64,000 bases of DNA. Origin: Candidatus Omnitrophota bacterium. Its GTDB lineage: Bacteria; Omnitrophota; Gorgyraeia; Gygaellales; Profunditerraquicolaceae. The stretch is from assembly GCA_017992455.1 (NCBI GenBank), contig JAGOOP010000001.1:59723-123722 (forward strand), in the 5' to 3' direction. Below are positions 26,233-36,302 of the stretch, piece by piece. Under the pieces are notes generated by a model, which saw nothing but the letters and a program-made list of their open reading frames with translations, made no database searches and was not told where the DNA came from. Every line of letters starts with the position of its first letter. Within the stretch, counting starts at the first letter, position 1. The position numbers and the translations under genes are program-made.

Positions 26233-26237
26233 CGACT

Positions 26238-27002
26238 TCATTTGCTGTAGGAACGCATCTGCATCGTATAATTAACGCCGCCCGAACCTTTGATCTTCAC
26301 CGGGATGCGGCGCTCGTCCGCGCTGACCCATATCTGGAAGCGTTTCGGCTCGCTTTCAAAATAATACGCTTTGAACGCGCCGGCCGGGACCTCGACGTCC
26401 TCGATGGATGTAAGCGTGATCGTGAACTCCTGCGTCGGCAGGTTCACTTTCATGGACCAGCCGGGCGCGAGCGCGGGAACACGCCTGACCTGATACGGAA
26501 GCAGTATGGCATTGTGGATCGGGCCATTCTTGACAATACGCTGTGCCTGCTGCCTGCCGGAGGCGGTCTTGACGATATCGAGTGAATACCGGACCTGGTC
26601 GTAGCTTTCGACGATGGTTTCGTATTTGGGCCACATCCGGATGTCCCGTTCCACGCGCACAGGCAGGAAATTCCGTGCGTCCGCCCATATCTTTTCCGTA
26701 TCGTTGAGCTTGACCACGCGCGTGGTGAACTCAACGCGTTCGGTATCGACATTGCCATACCGCTCCTGCCGCTCGTGGCGGAACGTGCTCGTCCCGATCC
26801 TGACGGCGCCCATTTTGACGTCGTAAACGATCGTCTCTCCGGAATAATCGGGGACGGCCGGCCTCGGCTGCGCGGCGCGCCTGACCGCAACGGATGTGCG
26901 GCCGGGCGCAAAGAACATATGGCCGCCGGGCGAGTACATCATGATCACCAGCTCAACGAGGAGGAAATAGACGACCGCGAGCAGAAACGTCAGTCTTGAC
27001 AT
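26238..27002 (-). CDS. membrane-anchored hypothetical protein (DUF3108-like)
   Basis: 254 aa. N-terminal TM segment and a beta-rich body ending ...RRIPVKIKGS. The family assignment is tentative. Confidence 0.55.
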   Translation of the reverse strand: MSRLTFLLAVVYFLLVELVIMMYSPGGHMFFAPGRTSVAVRRAAQPRPAVPDYSGETIVYDVKMGAVRIGTSTFRHERQERYGNVDTERVEFTTRVVKLNDTEKIWADARNFLPVRVERDIRMWPKYETIVESYDQVRYSLDIVKTASGRQQAQRIVKNGPIHNAILLPYQVRRVPALAPGWSMKVNLPTQEFTITLTSIEDVEVPAGAFKAYYFESEPKRFQIWVSADERRIPVKIKGSGGVNYTMQMRSYSK

Positions 27003-27005
27003 ATA

Positions 27006-27452
27006 TTATTTTGACGCGACGATCCGGAGCATGTTCACCCCGGTTTTAGGGTCGAGCAGCTTGGTAGCTCCGATGCCTTTCAACTCGAAGACGACCGCTT
27101 CCACGACCAGGAATACGCTCGAGGCCTTGCGCACGCAGCCGATAAGCGTCCTGGCCTTCTTGCCCATGGCAGTGTGGACATGTATCTGGGGGCCGGTTTT
27201 ATTCGCGAATATGGTGCCGACGCCCATTGCCTCCCACCCGTCTTTGAAGGTCCGCCAGTTCGGCTGAGGCGGGATAACGGGCTTTTTCGGCCCGGCAGCC
27301 AGACGGCCTTTTTTCATCGCTCCGAGAAACACGACAACGGCGGCCTTGAGTTTTTCTTTCACGCTGAAGCGCTCCAATTCCCGAAGAAGCACATCGTCAT
27401 CGCCGAATTTAAGAACGAATATCCTTCCGATCTTTCCCGTCGTATATTCCAT
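27006..27452 (-). CDS. PPC (DUF296) domain protein
   Basis: 148 aa. Pattern GRIFVLKF..GDDVL..L...........G.G....HVH typical of PPC/DUF296. Confidence 0.65.
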   Translation of the reverse strand: MEYTTGKIGRIFVLKFGDDDVLLRELERFSVKEKLKAAVVVFLGAMKKGRLAAGPKKPVIPPQPNWRTFKDGWEAMGVGTIFANKTGPQIHVHTAMGKKARTLIGCVRKASSVFLVVEAVVFELKGIGATKLLDPKTGVNMLRIVASK

Positions 27453-27476
27453 GCGATCCTCCGTGCATACGCACCG

Positions 27477-28427
27477 CTACCGGCAATGAACGACGTCGCC
27501 GGCCAGGACCTTCTCGATAATCCCCGAATCCCTGCGGACAAGCAGGCCGCCGTCCGCATCGATATCGACCGCGGTCCCGTCGATGCGCGATGACCGCATA
27601 TCGATCCTGACGCGCCGGCCGAGCGTCGCGGAACACTGCCGCCACGCCTCCAGAATGGACATGAGGTCCTGTTTGCGGAACCGCATATAATACTGTTCGA
27701 TCTGCCGCAGGAGCTCCTGCATGAGCGCCGCGCGGGACTCATGACGGCAGGACTGTTTTGCCAGGGATGTCGCGCCTTCGGCGGGAGCGTCGTTCACGTT
27801 AATGCCGATACCGATGATCACGTAGTTGACGCGGTCGAGAGAACCGTTCATCTCGGTCAGGATACCGCCCAGTTTCTTGTTATCGAGGAGGATATCGTTG
27901 GGCCATTTTATCTGCGCATCGAGCCCTGCCGAGCGCCGTACTGCCGCGCATACGCTGACCGCTGCCATCAGCGTGATCGGCGCGACGCCGGCCGCCGCCG
28001 TATCGGGCCTGACGATGACCGAGCAATATATGCCTTTGTATTTTGGCGACGCCCACAGCCTGCCGAGCCTGCCCCTGCCGCGCGTCTGCGTTTCGGCGAT
28101 GACCACCGTTCCTTCAACAGCGCCGTCCTGCGCGAACCGCATCGCCGTGTCCATGGTCGATGCGACATGGTCGAAATAATGCACGACCCTGCCGATAAGC
28201 CGGGTACGAAGGCCTGAGCGCACTTCGGCCGGATATAACCGGTCAGGGCACGCAGCGAGCTGATACCCCAGATGCGGCACCGATGCGATATCATACCCGA
28301 GCCCGCGCAACTGCAGGATATGCTTCCATGCGGCCGCACGCGAGATATGCAGATGGCGCGATAATTCGTCCCCTGAAACAAACGATTGTTTTTTCCTGAG
28401 ATATTCCAGCAGATCATCCTGTATCAT
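27477..28427 (-). CDS. birA: bifunctional biotin--[acetyl-CoA-carboxylase] ligase / biotin operon repressor
   Basis: Start placed at MIQDDLLEYL (ATG at 28427, just after the upstream stop). N-terminal HTH and the GRGRLGRLW motif. The alternative start at 28484 overlaps the upstream gene. Confidence 0.85.
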   Translation of the reverse strand: MIQDDLLEYLRKKQSFVSGDELSRHLHISRAAAWKHILQLRGLGYDIASVPHLGYQLAACPDRLYPAEVRSGLRTRLIGRVVHYFDHVASTMDTAMRFAQDGAVEGTVVIAETQTRGRGRLGRLWASPKYKGIYCSVIVRPDTAAAGVAPITLMAAVSVCAAVRRSAGLDAQIKWPNDILLDNKKLGGILTEMNGSLDRVNYVIIGIGINVNDAPAEGATSLAKQSCRHESRAALMQELLRQIEQYYMRFRKQDLMSILEAWRQCSATLGRRVRIDMRSSRIDGTAVDIDADGGLLVRRDSGIIEKVLAGDVVHCR

Positions 28428-28446
28428 GGGGTGGACCGGGGCAAGA

Positions 28447-28995
28447 TCACTTCTTCCGGGCATTGAACGTGCGGCCGAGATCATCCAAACGGCGGGCGAT
28501 CTCTTTCAGAAGGGTAAGCGCTTCTTTCTGGAAATCTTCCTGCCGGGCCGCCGCGCTTTCTTTCCTGCGCGCAGCCAGATGCACCGTCTCTTTCTCTTTT
28601 CTGCGCCTGAGCCCTTCCCTGATCCCCCGCTCTTCTTCCCTGATAAGATGATCGACAAACGCGGAGATCTTGTCTTTATCCCGGGGGGCGGCGAAATCGG
28701 TAAAAAAAACGCCCACGCCGTATAACGGCGCGCCGTCGATTTCGCCGAGCGGGCTGCTGCGGAACACCGTCCCGGAGCAGGACGCGTTCCCGGCCAGGGA
28801 TATGTCCTGCGTGTAGGCGGGGATCGCAAGGGTTATCCCGACCGCTGCGCCTGCCGGAACCTGCCTGTTCAATTCTACGAACGCGCCGAGGCGGCTGATA
28901 TTCTCCGTCCTGCCTTGCAGGCCTTTCTCTTTCCCCCACGACAGTATAACAGGGATATTCGCCCGGAGGCGGTGCTCTTTTCTTTTTTCGCTCAT
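28447..28995 (-). CDS. PilZ domain protein
   Basis: 182 aa. KEHRLR...ENISRLGAF fits the RxxxR / (D/N)xSxxG PilZ motifs. The start abuts the stop of the NIL-ferredoxin gene with a 0-nt gap. Confidence 0.7.
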   Translation of the reverse strand: MSEKRKEHRLRANIPVILSWGKEKGLQGRTENISRLGAFVELNRQVPAGAAVGITLAIPAYTQDISLAGNASCSGTVFRSSPLGEIDGAPLYGVGVFFTDFAAPRDKDKISAFVDHLIREEERGIREGLRRRKEKETVHLAARRKESAAARQEDFQKEALTLLKEIARRLDDLGRTFNARKK

Positions 28996-29403
28996 TTAAA
29001 AATGGACCTCCATGGCGTGGCTGGGGCAGATCTTGACGCATAATTCACACGCGATGCACTTTTCTTCGTCAAATATCACCTTGCGGGTCTTCGGATCCAC
29101 CACAAGCGCGCCTGCCGGGCACACGGTCACGCACACGCCGCAATCGGTGCATTTTGCGCTGTTGCGCACGACGTCCTGGCCGAGCGGCTGGATCTTGACG
29201 CCCGATGAACGCAGGTATTCAAGCCCCTTTTCGTATTCTTTGTCCTGGCCGCGCAATTCCAGGACCATGAGCCCTTCTTCCTGCGGGGTCACGTAGGCTT
29301 TGAGTATGTTGAACTCCAGATTGTAGTCCTTGATCAACCGGTATACGATCGGTTTATCGACCAATCGCTGCGGAAAATGAAGGACGATCCGTTTGGAGAT
29401 CAT
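28996..29403 (-). CDS. NIL domain / 2x[4Fe-4S] ferredoxin protein (homocysteine-biosynthesis partner type)
   Basis: 135 aa. N-terminal NIL-like domain, then CTDCGVCVTVCP and CIACELCVKICP clusters. Confidence 0.8.
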   Translation of the reverse strand: MISKRIVLHFPQRLVDKPIVYRLIKDYNLEFNILKAYVTPQEEGLMVLELRGQDKEYEKGLEYLRSSGVKIQPLGQDVVRNSAKCTDCGVCVTVCPAGALVVDPKTRKVIFDEEKCIACELCVKICPSHAMEVHF

Positions 29404-29621
29404 ACAGCGACCACCTCTTTGACCTGCGGGACTTCCTCTTTCAGGACCCGTTCAACGCCCATCTTCAGCGTCATCTGCGACATAGGGCAGCATCCGCATG
29501 CGCCGGTAAGACGGACCTTGACCACTCCGTCCTTGCCGACGTCAACAAGCTCGATATTCCCGCCTTCTGCAGCAAGCATCTCTCTGACTTTTTCCAATGC
29601 CTTTTCGACCTGTTCTCTCAT
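29400..29621 (-). CDS. NifU-like (Nfu C-terminal) domain protein
   Basis: Start trimmed to MREQVEKALEKV (AAGGAG RBS). GACGCCPMSQMTL motif. ATGA overlap with the next gene. Confidence 0.8.
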   Translation of the reverse strand: MREQVEKALEKVREMLAAEGGNIELVDVGKDGVVKVRLTGACGCCPMSQMTLKMGVERVLKEEVPQVKEVVAV

Positions 29622-29653
29622 TATCGACTCCTTTGAAAATACAGAGCGCCCTG

Positions 29654-30853
29654 TTACAGCGGCCGCTCTTTTAAGGGTTTGCATGCGTATCCGGATTCAG
29701 CGCCCGGCAGCGCCGCTACCGGAACAGTCAATGTAAACCGGCCTTGTGATATCCAGGACTTTAATTCCTCCGCGATCTCCTTTGCGCGGGAATAACTCGA
29801 TAAAGCTCCGGTCGGGACTTCCTTGCCCTGGACCGTGATCGTGCCGGATTTAAGCTGGGCATACGTGACCTGGCAGATGGAACGGGAAACAGCCCGGGGA
29901 TAATCCCCGCTGTAATCGATGACCTGAGCGGCAATATCCTCGTCGCGCGCCGCAGCGCATTCCGCGACCTTTTCGTCGAGCACCGGGATCGGGACACCGA
30001 TGCCCACGGTCAGGGTCGCTCCGTACCCGAGCATACTGGTGCCGCGCAGCCATTCCGCTTTCATCTGCTTGAGATCACCGATAACCGCTACTGTCCCTGC
30101 GCCCGAGACCGGAAGGCCCGATGCAGTGCGGGGAACAGCCGGGTTATGCTGGGTCCCGTGCCACGCGATATAGCCGATGCCGCCGCCCAGGAATATCTTC
30201 GTCCCGATGCCGATCGTCCGGTAATACGGATCCTTGAGAAGCGGGGAAAGCTGGCCGGCAGAACAATAATTCGCATTACCCAGGCCGGGTTTGAGCATGC
30301 CCATGTAGGTATATATGGGCCGGTCAGACATGTTGACCGCGACATTATAATTCTGATACGCATTGCGCACATTGAACAGCACTGCTTCGTTCAGGTCCCG
30401 CAGATTGATCAGGGTATCAAGTTTTTTTCGAGGGTAACAATCTGTGCCGTAGGCAGTTGCTTCAAGCCTGATATCCTTGCCTTCAAGCAGTTCCTGGATC
30501 ACATGGCCGCCGCCGTATTTGAATTCACCCGGATAGACCTTATTGTGAGGGTCGTCTTCGGGCACGGCTGTTGCGCCCAGGAACAGGTCGACCGCAGCCA
30601 GCCCGGTATATACCGGGACATCGTTGAGCTTGCAAACCCCTCCGCCGATCTTAATGCGGGGAGATGAATGACCGATGTTGAAATATGCGCCGGACGAACA
30701 CATAGGGCCGAACGTGCCGGTCGTTACCACATCGACTTCCTCTGCGGCTTTCCTGGCCCCTTTTCGGGCAACAAGGTCGATGATCTCTTCAGCCGTGACG
30801 ACAACAACATCGCCCTTTTTTATCTTTTCGTTTATCTGCTCAATGGTCTTCAT
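29654..30853 (-). CDS. COG1900/DUF39 homocysteine biosynthesis protein
   Basis: 399 aa. KTIEQINEKIKKGDVVVVTAEE...VDVVTTGTFGPMCSSGA, typical of the DUF39 family. Confidence 0.8.
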   Translation of the reverse strand: MKTIEQINEKIKKGDVVVVTAEEIIDLVARKGARKAAEEVDVVTTGTFGPMCSSGAYFNIGHSSPRIKIGGGVCKLNDVPVYTGLAAVDLFLGATAVPEDDPHNKVYPGEFKYGGGHVIQELLEGKDIRLEATAYGTDCYPRKKLDTLINLRDLNEAVLFNVRNAYQNYNVAVNMSDRPIYTYMGMLKPGLGNANYCSAGQLSPLLKDPYYRTIGIGTKIFLGGGIGYIAWHGTQHNPAVPRTASGLPVSGAGTVAVIGDLKQMKAEWLRGTSMLGYGATLTVGIGVPIPVLDEKVAECAAARDEDIAAQVIDYSGDYPRAVSRSICQVTYAQLKSGTITVQGKEVPTGALSSYSRAKEIAEELKSWISQGRFTLTVPVAALPGAESGYACKPLKERPL

Positions 30854-30862
30854 AATTATGTC

Positions 30863-30891
30863 ATTATAACAAATTTTAGGGGTTTAGACAA
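30863..30891 (-). promoter_or_regulatory. putative promoter giving a near-leaderless COG1900 operon mRNA
   Basis: Minus strand: TTGTCT (30891-30886), 17 nt, TATAAT (30868-30863), 9 nt, ATG at 30853. No SD. Confidence 0.5.
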
Positions 30892-30915
30892 TGAAATTGA
30901 AGCATTCCGGGCGGA

Positions 30916-31296
30916 TCAGGCAGGATAGAGGCGGCTGGAAGAAAAACGGCTTTTTGCCTTTGCCTGAAGCATCTTCAGAATATACGGGATAGGATTGAAA
31001 TGGCCTTGCTGAAACCGTATGCCGGCGCGGTAATATCCCAGGCTGTTCGCGTCCTGTACCCAGATGACACTGCCTTGCAGACGAACACGGTCTTCCTGTT
31101 CCGGCATCATAAGGACAATATCAAGCGCTGTGCCGATGGGAAGCGCGCAATCCATCATAGCTCCTATGCCATAAGCGCTCATGTCGCGGAGTGTCGCAGG
31201 GACCGGCGCGCCGGCAGGGCCGGTATAGTTCAGAATGGGGATCGATATCTCGAATCTCGGGGCTCTGCGTTTCTCGGTGTGCGTCCACTGATGCAT
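30916..31296 (-). CDS. PilZ domain protein
   Basis: Start placed at MHQWTHTEKRRAPRF (GGGGAGA RBS); the alternative is the ATG at 31377. RRAPR...DMSAYGIG PilZ motifs. Confidence 0.7.
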   Translation of the reverse strand: MHQWTHTEKRRAPRFEISIPILNYTGPAGAPVPATLRDMSAYGIGAMMDCALPIGTALDIVLMMPEQEDRVRLQGSVIWVQDANSLGYYRAGIRFQQGHFNPIPYILKMLQAKAKSRFSSSRLYPA

Positions 31297-31397
31297 AGGA
31301 TGCGTCTCCCCTGGCGTAAAATAAGAAATGCCACTTATCAAAATTGCGTGCATTACCGCAAACTTTGACCGTGGCATTGGCCTTAGTCTACACTTAC

Positions 31398-31426
31398 AAT
31401 ATACTCTACCCTTTCACGACTGTCAA
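31398..31426 (-). promoter_or_regulatory. sigma70-type promoter
   Basis: Minus strand: TTGACA (31426-31421), 17 nt, TATATT (31403-31398). Confidence 0.55.
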
Positions 31427-31483
31427 GGCCTGCGGGACCTATTTCTGAAAGCGCTTTCAAAACACAGGGACGGTTCTCCCCAA

Positions 31484-31565
31484 GGCTAAAAAACGGGGTC
31501 AGAATTATTTATTTGCCGCGATGCGCTTAGCTAACAAATAAATAATTCTGACCCCGTTTTTAGCC
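31484..31565. terminator. very long AT-rich hairpin; probable bidirectional terminator after hppA
   Basis: The 32-nt arm at 31484-31515 pairs with 31535-31565 (one bulged A) across a 19-nt loop. The inner stem GGGGTCAG.../...CTGACCCC is flanked by an A6 and a T5 run. Confidence 0.7.
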
Positions 31566-31570
31566 CTTGC

Positions 31571-33670
31571 TTATTTAAAGAACGTGTTCTTGATGATGAA
31601 CGACGCGAATACGATCGAGACCATTGACATGAGTTTGATCAAAATGTTCAGCGAAGGGCCTGACGTGTCCTTGAAAGGATCGCCGACGGTATCGCCGGTT
31701 ACCGCTGCCTTATGCGCAGCCGAACCTTTGCCGCCGTGGTTGCCTTCTTCGATATATTTCTTTGCATTGTCCCACGCTCCGCCGGAATTTGCCATCATGA
31801 CCGCAAGCACAAAACCCGTAACGGTTGCACCGCATAAAAGCCCGACCGCTGCTTCGACGCCGACTAAAATACCCACAGCAAGCGGGGAAATGATCGCCAC
31901 AAGCGCAGGCGCGACCATTTCTTTCTGCGCCGCGCCCGTTGCGATCGACACGACACGCGCATAATCCGGCTTTGCCTTGCCCTCCATGAGGCCGGCGATC
32001 TCCTTGAACTGCCTGCGTACTTCAACAACGATCTTGCCTGCGGCGCGGCCGACCGCGCGCATGGTCATTGAGCAGAAAAAGAACGGAAGCATACCGCCGA
32101 TGAACAGCCCCACAAGGACATTCGGATTCATCAGGGACATCACGATATCCTTGCCCGATATGATCAGAACCTGGTCGCGATAGGCGGCGATAAGCGCCAG
32201 CGCGGTCAATGCGGCAGAACCGATCGCAAAACCTTTCCCTGTCGCCGCCGTGGTATTGCCGAGAGAATCCAGAGCATCGGTCCTTTTGCGCACTTCAGGA
32301 GGCAAATGCGACATCTCGGCGTTGCCGCCGGCATTGTCTGCGACCGGGCCGTATGCATCGGTTGCCAACGTGATACCGAGGGTAGAAAGCATGCCGACCG
32401 CGGAAATGGCAATGCCGTATAACCCCGTATTGAAATTCTGCGCGCCGCCTGCCAGATAGTAACTGGCAAGGATCGCGACACACACGATGATGACCGGCAA
32501 GGCAGTCGACATCATGCCGACCGCTATGCCTTCGATAATGACCGTTGCGGGGCCGGTAACCGTCGCATTGGCGATGCTCTGAGTAGGTTTGAAACCGCTC
32601 GATGTATAGTATTCAGTGACCAATCCAATCAGAACGCCGGCTACCAATCCGGCAAGCACTGCCCAATAAACACCGAGATGCTCGGCGCCGAGGGTCTTGA
32701 CGATCAGGAAATACGAAATAATAGCGACGAGGATCGAGCTGGCGAACACGCCTTTTCTCAAAGCTGCAAGAAGCACTTTCTGCGACGCTTCTTCTTTGCT
32801 TTTGACAAAGAACGTGCCGATGACCGACGCGATGACGCCGACCGCTGCCATGACCATAGGCACGGTTACGCCTGCAACGCCGAGGCCTGCGGCAACGCCG
32901 AGCGCGCTTGTGGCGACGATCGAACCGACATATGATTCATACAGATCAGCGCCCATACCTGCGACATCGCCGACATTGTCGCCGACGTTGTCGGCAATGA
33001 CCGCCGGGTTCCTCGGGTCGTCTTCGGGAATGCCCGCTTCCACTTTACCCACCAGGTCAGCGCCGACATCGGCCGCTTTGGTGAAAATGCCGCCTCCGAC
33101 CCTTGCAAAAAGCGCCATTGAGCTCGCGCCCATGCCGAAACAAAGCATGGTCGAGGTGATCGCCGCGATCTTATCCCCGTTGCCCGGCACCGGATTGACC
33201 CGGTAATACCAGTCGAGGAAATAATACCAGATGCTCAGGTCCAGCAGGCCGAGGCCGACAACGGTCAGGCCCATGACAGCACCGCTTGAGAATGCCACGC
33301 GCAAACCTGAGTTCAGGCTTTTCATCGCTGCCGCAGCAGTGCGGTTCGATGCCTGTGTTGCGATGGTCATGCCGATAAAACCGGACAACCCGGAAAAAAA
33401 GCCGCCGGTCAGAAAGGCGAACGGCACGAACATGACCAGATACCCCCTGAACGCAAGGAACAGCAAAAGGCAGAACATGACGACAAAGAATAACGCAACG
33501 CCCATATACTGGCGTTTCAAATAGGCCCGCGCGCCGATACGGACCGCCTCAGCTATCTCTTTCATCTTGTCGGTCCCCTCATCCTTTTTCATAATGCTTA
33601 CGGCAAGGAACCACGCAAAACCAAGTGCAACGATCGAACCCACAGGCGCCAGCAATAACAAATCAAACAT
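31571..33670 (-). CDS. hppA: membrane-bound proton/sodium-translocating pyrophosphatase
   Basis: 699 aa, polytopic. [19 protein letters not shown] and DNVGDNVGD motifs. AGGAGG RBS. Confidence 0.95.
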   Translation of the reverse strand: MFDLLLLAPVGSIVALGFAWFLAVSIMKKDEGTDKMKEIAEAVRIGARAYLKRQYMGVALFFVVMFCLLLFLAFRGYLVMFVPFAFLTGGFFSGLSGFIGMTIATQASNRTAAAAMKSLNSGLRVAFSSGAVMGLTVVGLGLLDLSIWYYFLDWYYRVNPVPGNGDKIAAITSTMLCFGMGASSMALFARVGGGIFTKAADVGADLVGKVEAGIPEDDPRNPAVIADNVGDNVGDVAGMGADLYESYVGSIVATSALGVAAGLGVAGVTVPMVMAAVGVIASVIGTFFVKSKEEASQKVLLAALRKGVFASSILVAIISYFLIVKTLGAEHLGVYWAVLAGLVAGVLIGLVTEYYTSSGFKPTQSIANATVTGPATVIIEGIAVGMMSTALPVIIVCVAILASYYLAGGAQNFNTGLYGIAISAVGMLSTLGITLATDAYGPVADNAGGNAEMSHLPPEVRKRTDALDSLGNTTAATGKGFAIGSAALTALALIAAYRDQVLIISGKDIVMSLMNPNVLVGLFIGGMLPFFFCSMTMRAVGRAAGKIVVEVRRQFKEIAGLMEGKAKPDYARVVSIATGAAQKEMVAPALVAIISPLAVGILVGVEAAVGLLCGATVTGFVLAVMMANSGGAWDNAKKYIEEGNHGGKGSAAHKAAVTGDTVGDPFKDTSGPSLNILIKLMSMVSIVFASFIIKNTFFK

Positions 33671-33696
33671 CCGTTTCCTCCTTATTGTTGTTTACA

Positions 33697-34800
33697 TTAA
33701 AAACTGGATCCTAAATTCTTTTCTTCTATGCTTTCGATCTCGCGCTTGAGCATCTCCGGCAAACCGAGGATATTGACATCCATGAATCCTCTTACGATGA
33801 TGGACTGCGCCTGGTCCCGGCTGAAACCCCGGGAACAGAGATATTCGATCTCTTCCTTCTTGATCCTGCCGATCGCTGCTTCGTGCGACAGGTCCACATC
33901 GCGCAGATCCGATTCCATTTCCGGAATAGCGTGGATATGGCCTTTTTCCGACAATACAAGCCCCCGGCATTCGATATGGCCCTTGGTGCGGGCGCAGCCT
34001 GCCTTGATATGCGCGCGGTTAATGACACTGCCGCCGAGCGAAACGGACCGGGCGATCATCTCTGCCTGCGTATCCTCGGCAGAGAGGATCGCGCGCGAGC
34101 CCACATCCTGCACTGAATCGGGGTGTGACAGGATCAGCGAATTGTACACTGCGCGGCTGCCTTTACCGGAAAGCACCGACGTCGGATACATAACGATCTC
34201 CTTGACCGGCTTCAGGCATACATAATTGGAAATGAACGTCGCGCCTTCATCAAGCAGGGAAATGGACATGGGCTTGACCGTCATATCCTCGCGCCATGAA
34301 TGGATCATGGTAAAATTCAGGAACGCGTTCTTCCGGATAAAAAATTCGGAAACCCCCAGATGAAATCCTTCTTTTGCAGCAGCAGATGCGGAGCAGCCGG
34401 TGATCAAATAAGCCCGGGCGCCTTCCTCTATTATTATTATATTATGGACTTTTTGCTTGAATCCCCGGGATTTCAAAAACAGGCATGCCTGAATGGGCAG
34501 TTCAACGGTGACGCCCTTTTTGACGCGTATAAAATAGCCGCCCTCGGTATCCTGAGGGAATTCGCGTTTCAATGACGCAAACGCCTTACCGTAACACTCT
34601 TTTGCTTCCGGTATTTTCTCAAGCGCCTCGCGGATATCGAGTATATCCACCCCGGGTATCAGGCTGCGCGAAAATGACACATGGCTGTCCTTCTGGAGAA
34701 AGCTGGCGGACCGCGTTTGTTCGGACGCATCCATGCCGGATGACTCGAGCACGCCCCGCTCCTGGGCCTCAATGTGCTTTGTGATCTCGCCCCTGGACAT
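33697..34800 (-). CDS. SufB/SufD-family Fe-S cluster assembly protein
   Basis: Start placed at MSRGEITK (ATG at 34800, AAGGAG 8 nt upstream). SufBD beta-helix region. Overlaps the sufC end by 32 nt. Confidence 0.8.
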   Translation of the reverse strand: MSRGEITKHIEAQERGVLESSGMDASEQTRSASFLQKDSHVSFSRSLIPGVDILDIREALEKIPEAKECYGKAFASLKREFPQDTEGGYFIRVKKGVTVELPIQACLFLKSRGFKQKVHNIIIIEEGARAYLITGCSASAAAKEGFHLGVSEFFIRKNAFLNFTMIHSWREDMTVKPMSISLLDEGATFISNYVCLKPVKEIVMYPTSVLSGKGSRAVYNSLILSHPDSVQDVGSRAILSAEDTQAEMIARSVSLGGSVINRAHIKAGCARTKGHIECRGLVLSEKGHIHAIPEMESDLRDVDLSHEAAIGRIKKEEIEYLCSRGFSRDQAQSIIVRGFMDVNILGLPEMLKREIESIEEKNLGSSF

Positions 34801-35503
34801 ACGAACACTCCTTGCATTTATCATAACCGAATTTACGGATGGATTCGAACATTTCTTTGGGATTCCCCACGCACCACAGCGAGCCGTCGATCATAACACA
34901 GCCGTTCTCCGACCTGACATAATCGAGGATATAACCGGTGTGTGTGATCATCAGCGCCGACTTGCCGGGTTTTTTAAGGAATTCGTTCAGGACCGTGCCC
35001 ATGATCGATATGTTCTCGAGGTCGACTCCTGATTCCGGCTCGTCGAGGAGCACGAGGTCCGGATCCTGCAAAAGTATCTGGAACAGTTCGGAACGCTTCA
35101 TCTCTCCGCCGGAGAAACCCATGTTGATATCGCGCCCGAGATGGCTATCGAGCGAGAGCTTTACGGACAGGCCCGCGATACGTTCCCGGTCCCGGCACAG
35201 GAACTCGGCGATCTGCGACAGCTTGACCCCCCGGATCTGGGGAGGATGCTGATACATGATGCCCAGCCCCATTTTCACCCGCGCTTCGGTAGGAAGATCA
35301 TTGATCCGGGCGCCTTTGAAAATAATATCGCCCTCGGTGACCGCATATCCTTCAAACCCCATGATCGCCTTCAGGAGCGTGCTTTTGCCGCTGCCGTTCG
35401 GACCGAAGAGCACTGCGGGAATATCCTGCGCGATGCTGAAATTGATGCCCTTCAGGATCATTTTATCTCCGACCCTGACGGATACGTTATGCACGCTGAG
35501 CAT
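34769..35503 (-). CDS. sufC: Fe-S cluster assembly ATPase SufC
   Basis: 244 aa. Walker A GPNGSGKST, ABC signature FSGGEMKR and Walker B LVLLDEPESG. Confidence 0.9.
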   Translation of the reverse strand: MLSVHNVSVRVGDKMILKGINFSIAQDIPAVLFGPNGSGKSTLLKAIMGFEGYAVTEGDIIFKGARINDLPTEARVKMGLGIMYQHPPQIRGVKLSQIAEFLCRDRERIAGLSVKLSLDSHLGRDINMGFSGGEMKRSELFQILLQDPDLVLLDEPESGVDLENISIMGTVLNEFLKKPGKSALMITHTGYILDYVRSENGCVMIDGSLWCVGNPKEMFESIRKFGYDKCKECSYVQGRDHKAH

Positions 35504-36293
35504 TTTTGCTCCTTATGATCAAAACCGCGGCTGCGATACCGAACAGGGCGGCGCTGATCGCCTGAGAAATGGTCAGGGGCCCGATCATGAACGCTTCCTC
35601 GTAATACCTGAACCCTTCGATAAAGAATCTGCCTGCGCCGTACATCAGCGCGAGCAGCCAGAAAAGAAATCCGTCGAATTTCTTATACCGTTCCAGCGCC
35701 AGCAGCGCGGCAAAGATCAGAAGCGCGTGGAACGCGGAATACAGCTGCGTCGGAAGAACGGGAAGCGACTGTCGTGCCGATAACGAGATCAGGCCGTCGG
35801 CGGCCTGCTGGACGCAGACCGGAGAACCGTCCCGGCAGGGGAACGCGACGCCCCATCGGCCGGACACGGTCCCGTAACAGCAGCCGTTGAGGAAACAGCC
35901 GATCCTGCCCAGCGCAATACCGAGCGCAACGGAAGGAGCCATTATATCGGCGATCGTGCCGAAAGAAAGCTTCCGCGCGCGCATGAACCAGACGGCGACA
36001 CACAGCGCCAGGATGAAACCGCCGTAAAAAACAAGCCCGCCTTCCCAGACCTTCACGATATCGAACGGATGCGCTTGATAGAATCGCCAGTTCACGGCGA
36101 CATACAAAGCGCGCGCGCCGAGGATGCTCGATACCAGGATCGCGAACACCAGATCCATGATCGCATCGGGACTGATATTCTGCCTGCGCGCCCGGGCCTG
36201 CGCAAGGATCGCACCGATAATAAATGCAAGGGCGAGCATAAAACCGTATGAATACACGGTAACCGGGCCGACATGTAATAATATCCTGTGCAT
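35487..36293 (-). CDS. lgt: prolipoprotein diacylglyceryl transferase
   Basis: 268 aa. YGFMLALAF...GARALYV...WEGGLVFYGG motifs. Confidence 0.9.
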   Translation of the reverse strand: MHRILLHVGPVTVYSYGFMLALAFIIGAILAQARARRQNISPDAIMDLVFAILVSSILGARALYVAVNWRFYQAHPFDIVKVWEGGLVFYGGFILALCVAVWFMRARKLSFGTIADIMAPSVALGIALGRIGCFLNGCCYGTVSGRWGVAFPCRDGSPVCVQQAADGLISLSARQSLPVLPTQLYSAFHALLIFAALLALERYKKFDGFLFWLLALMYGAGRFFIEGFRYYEEAFMIGPLTISQAISAALFGIAAAVLIIRSKNAQRA

Positions 36294-36302
36294 AAGGTCT
36301 TC

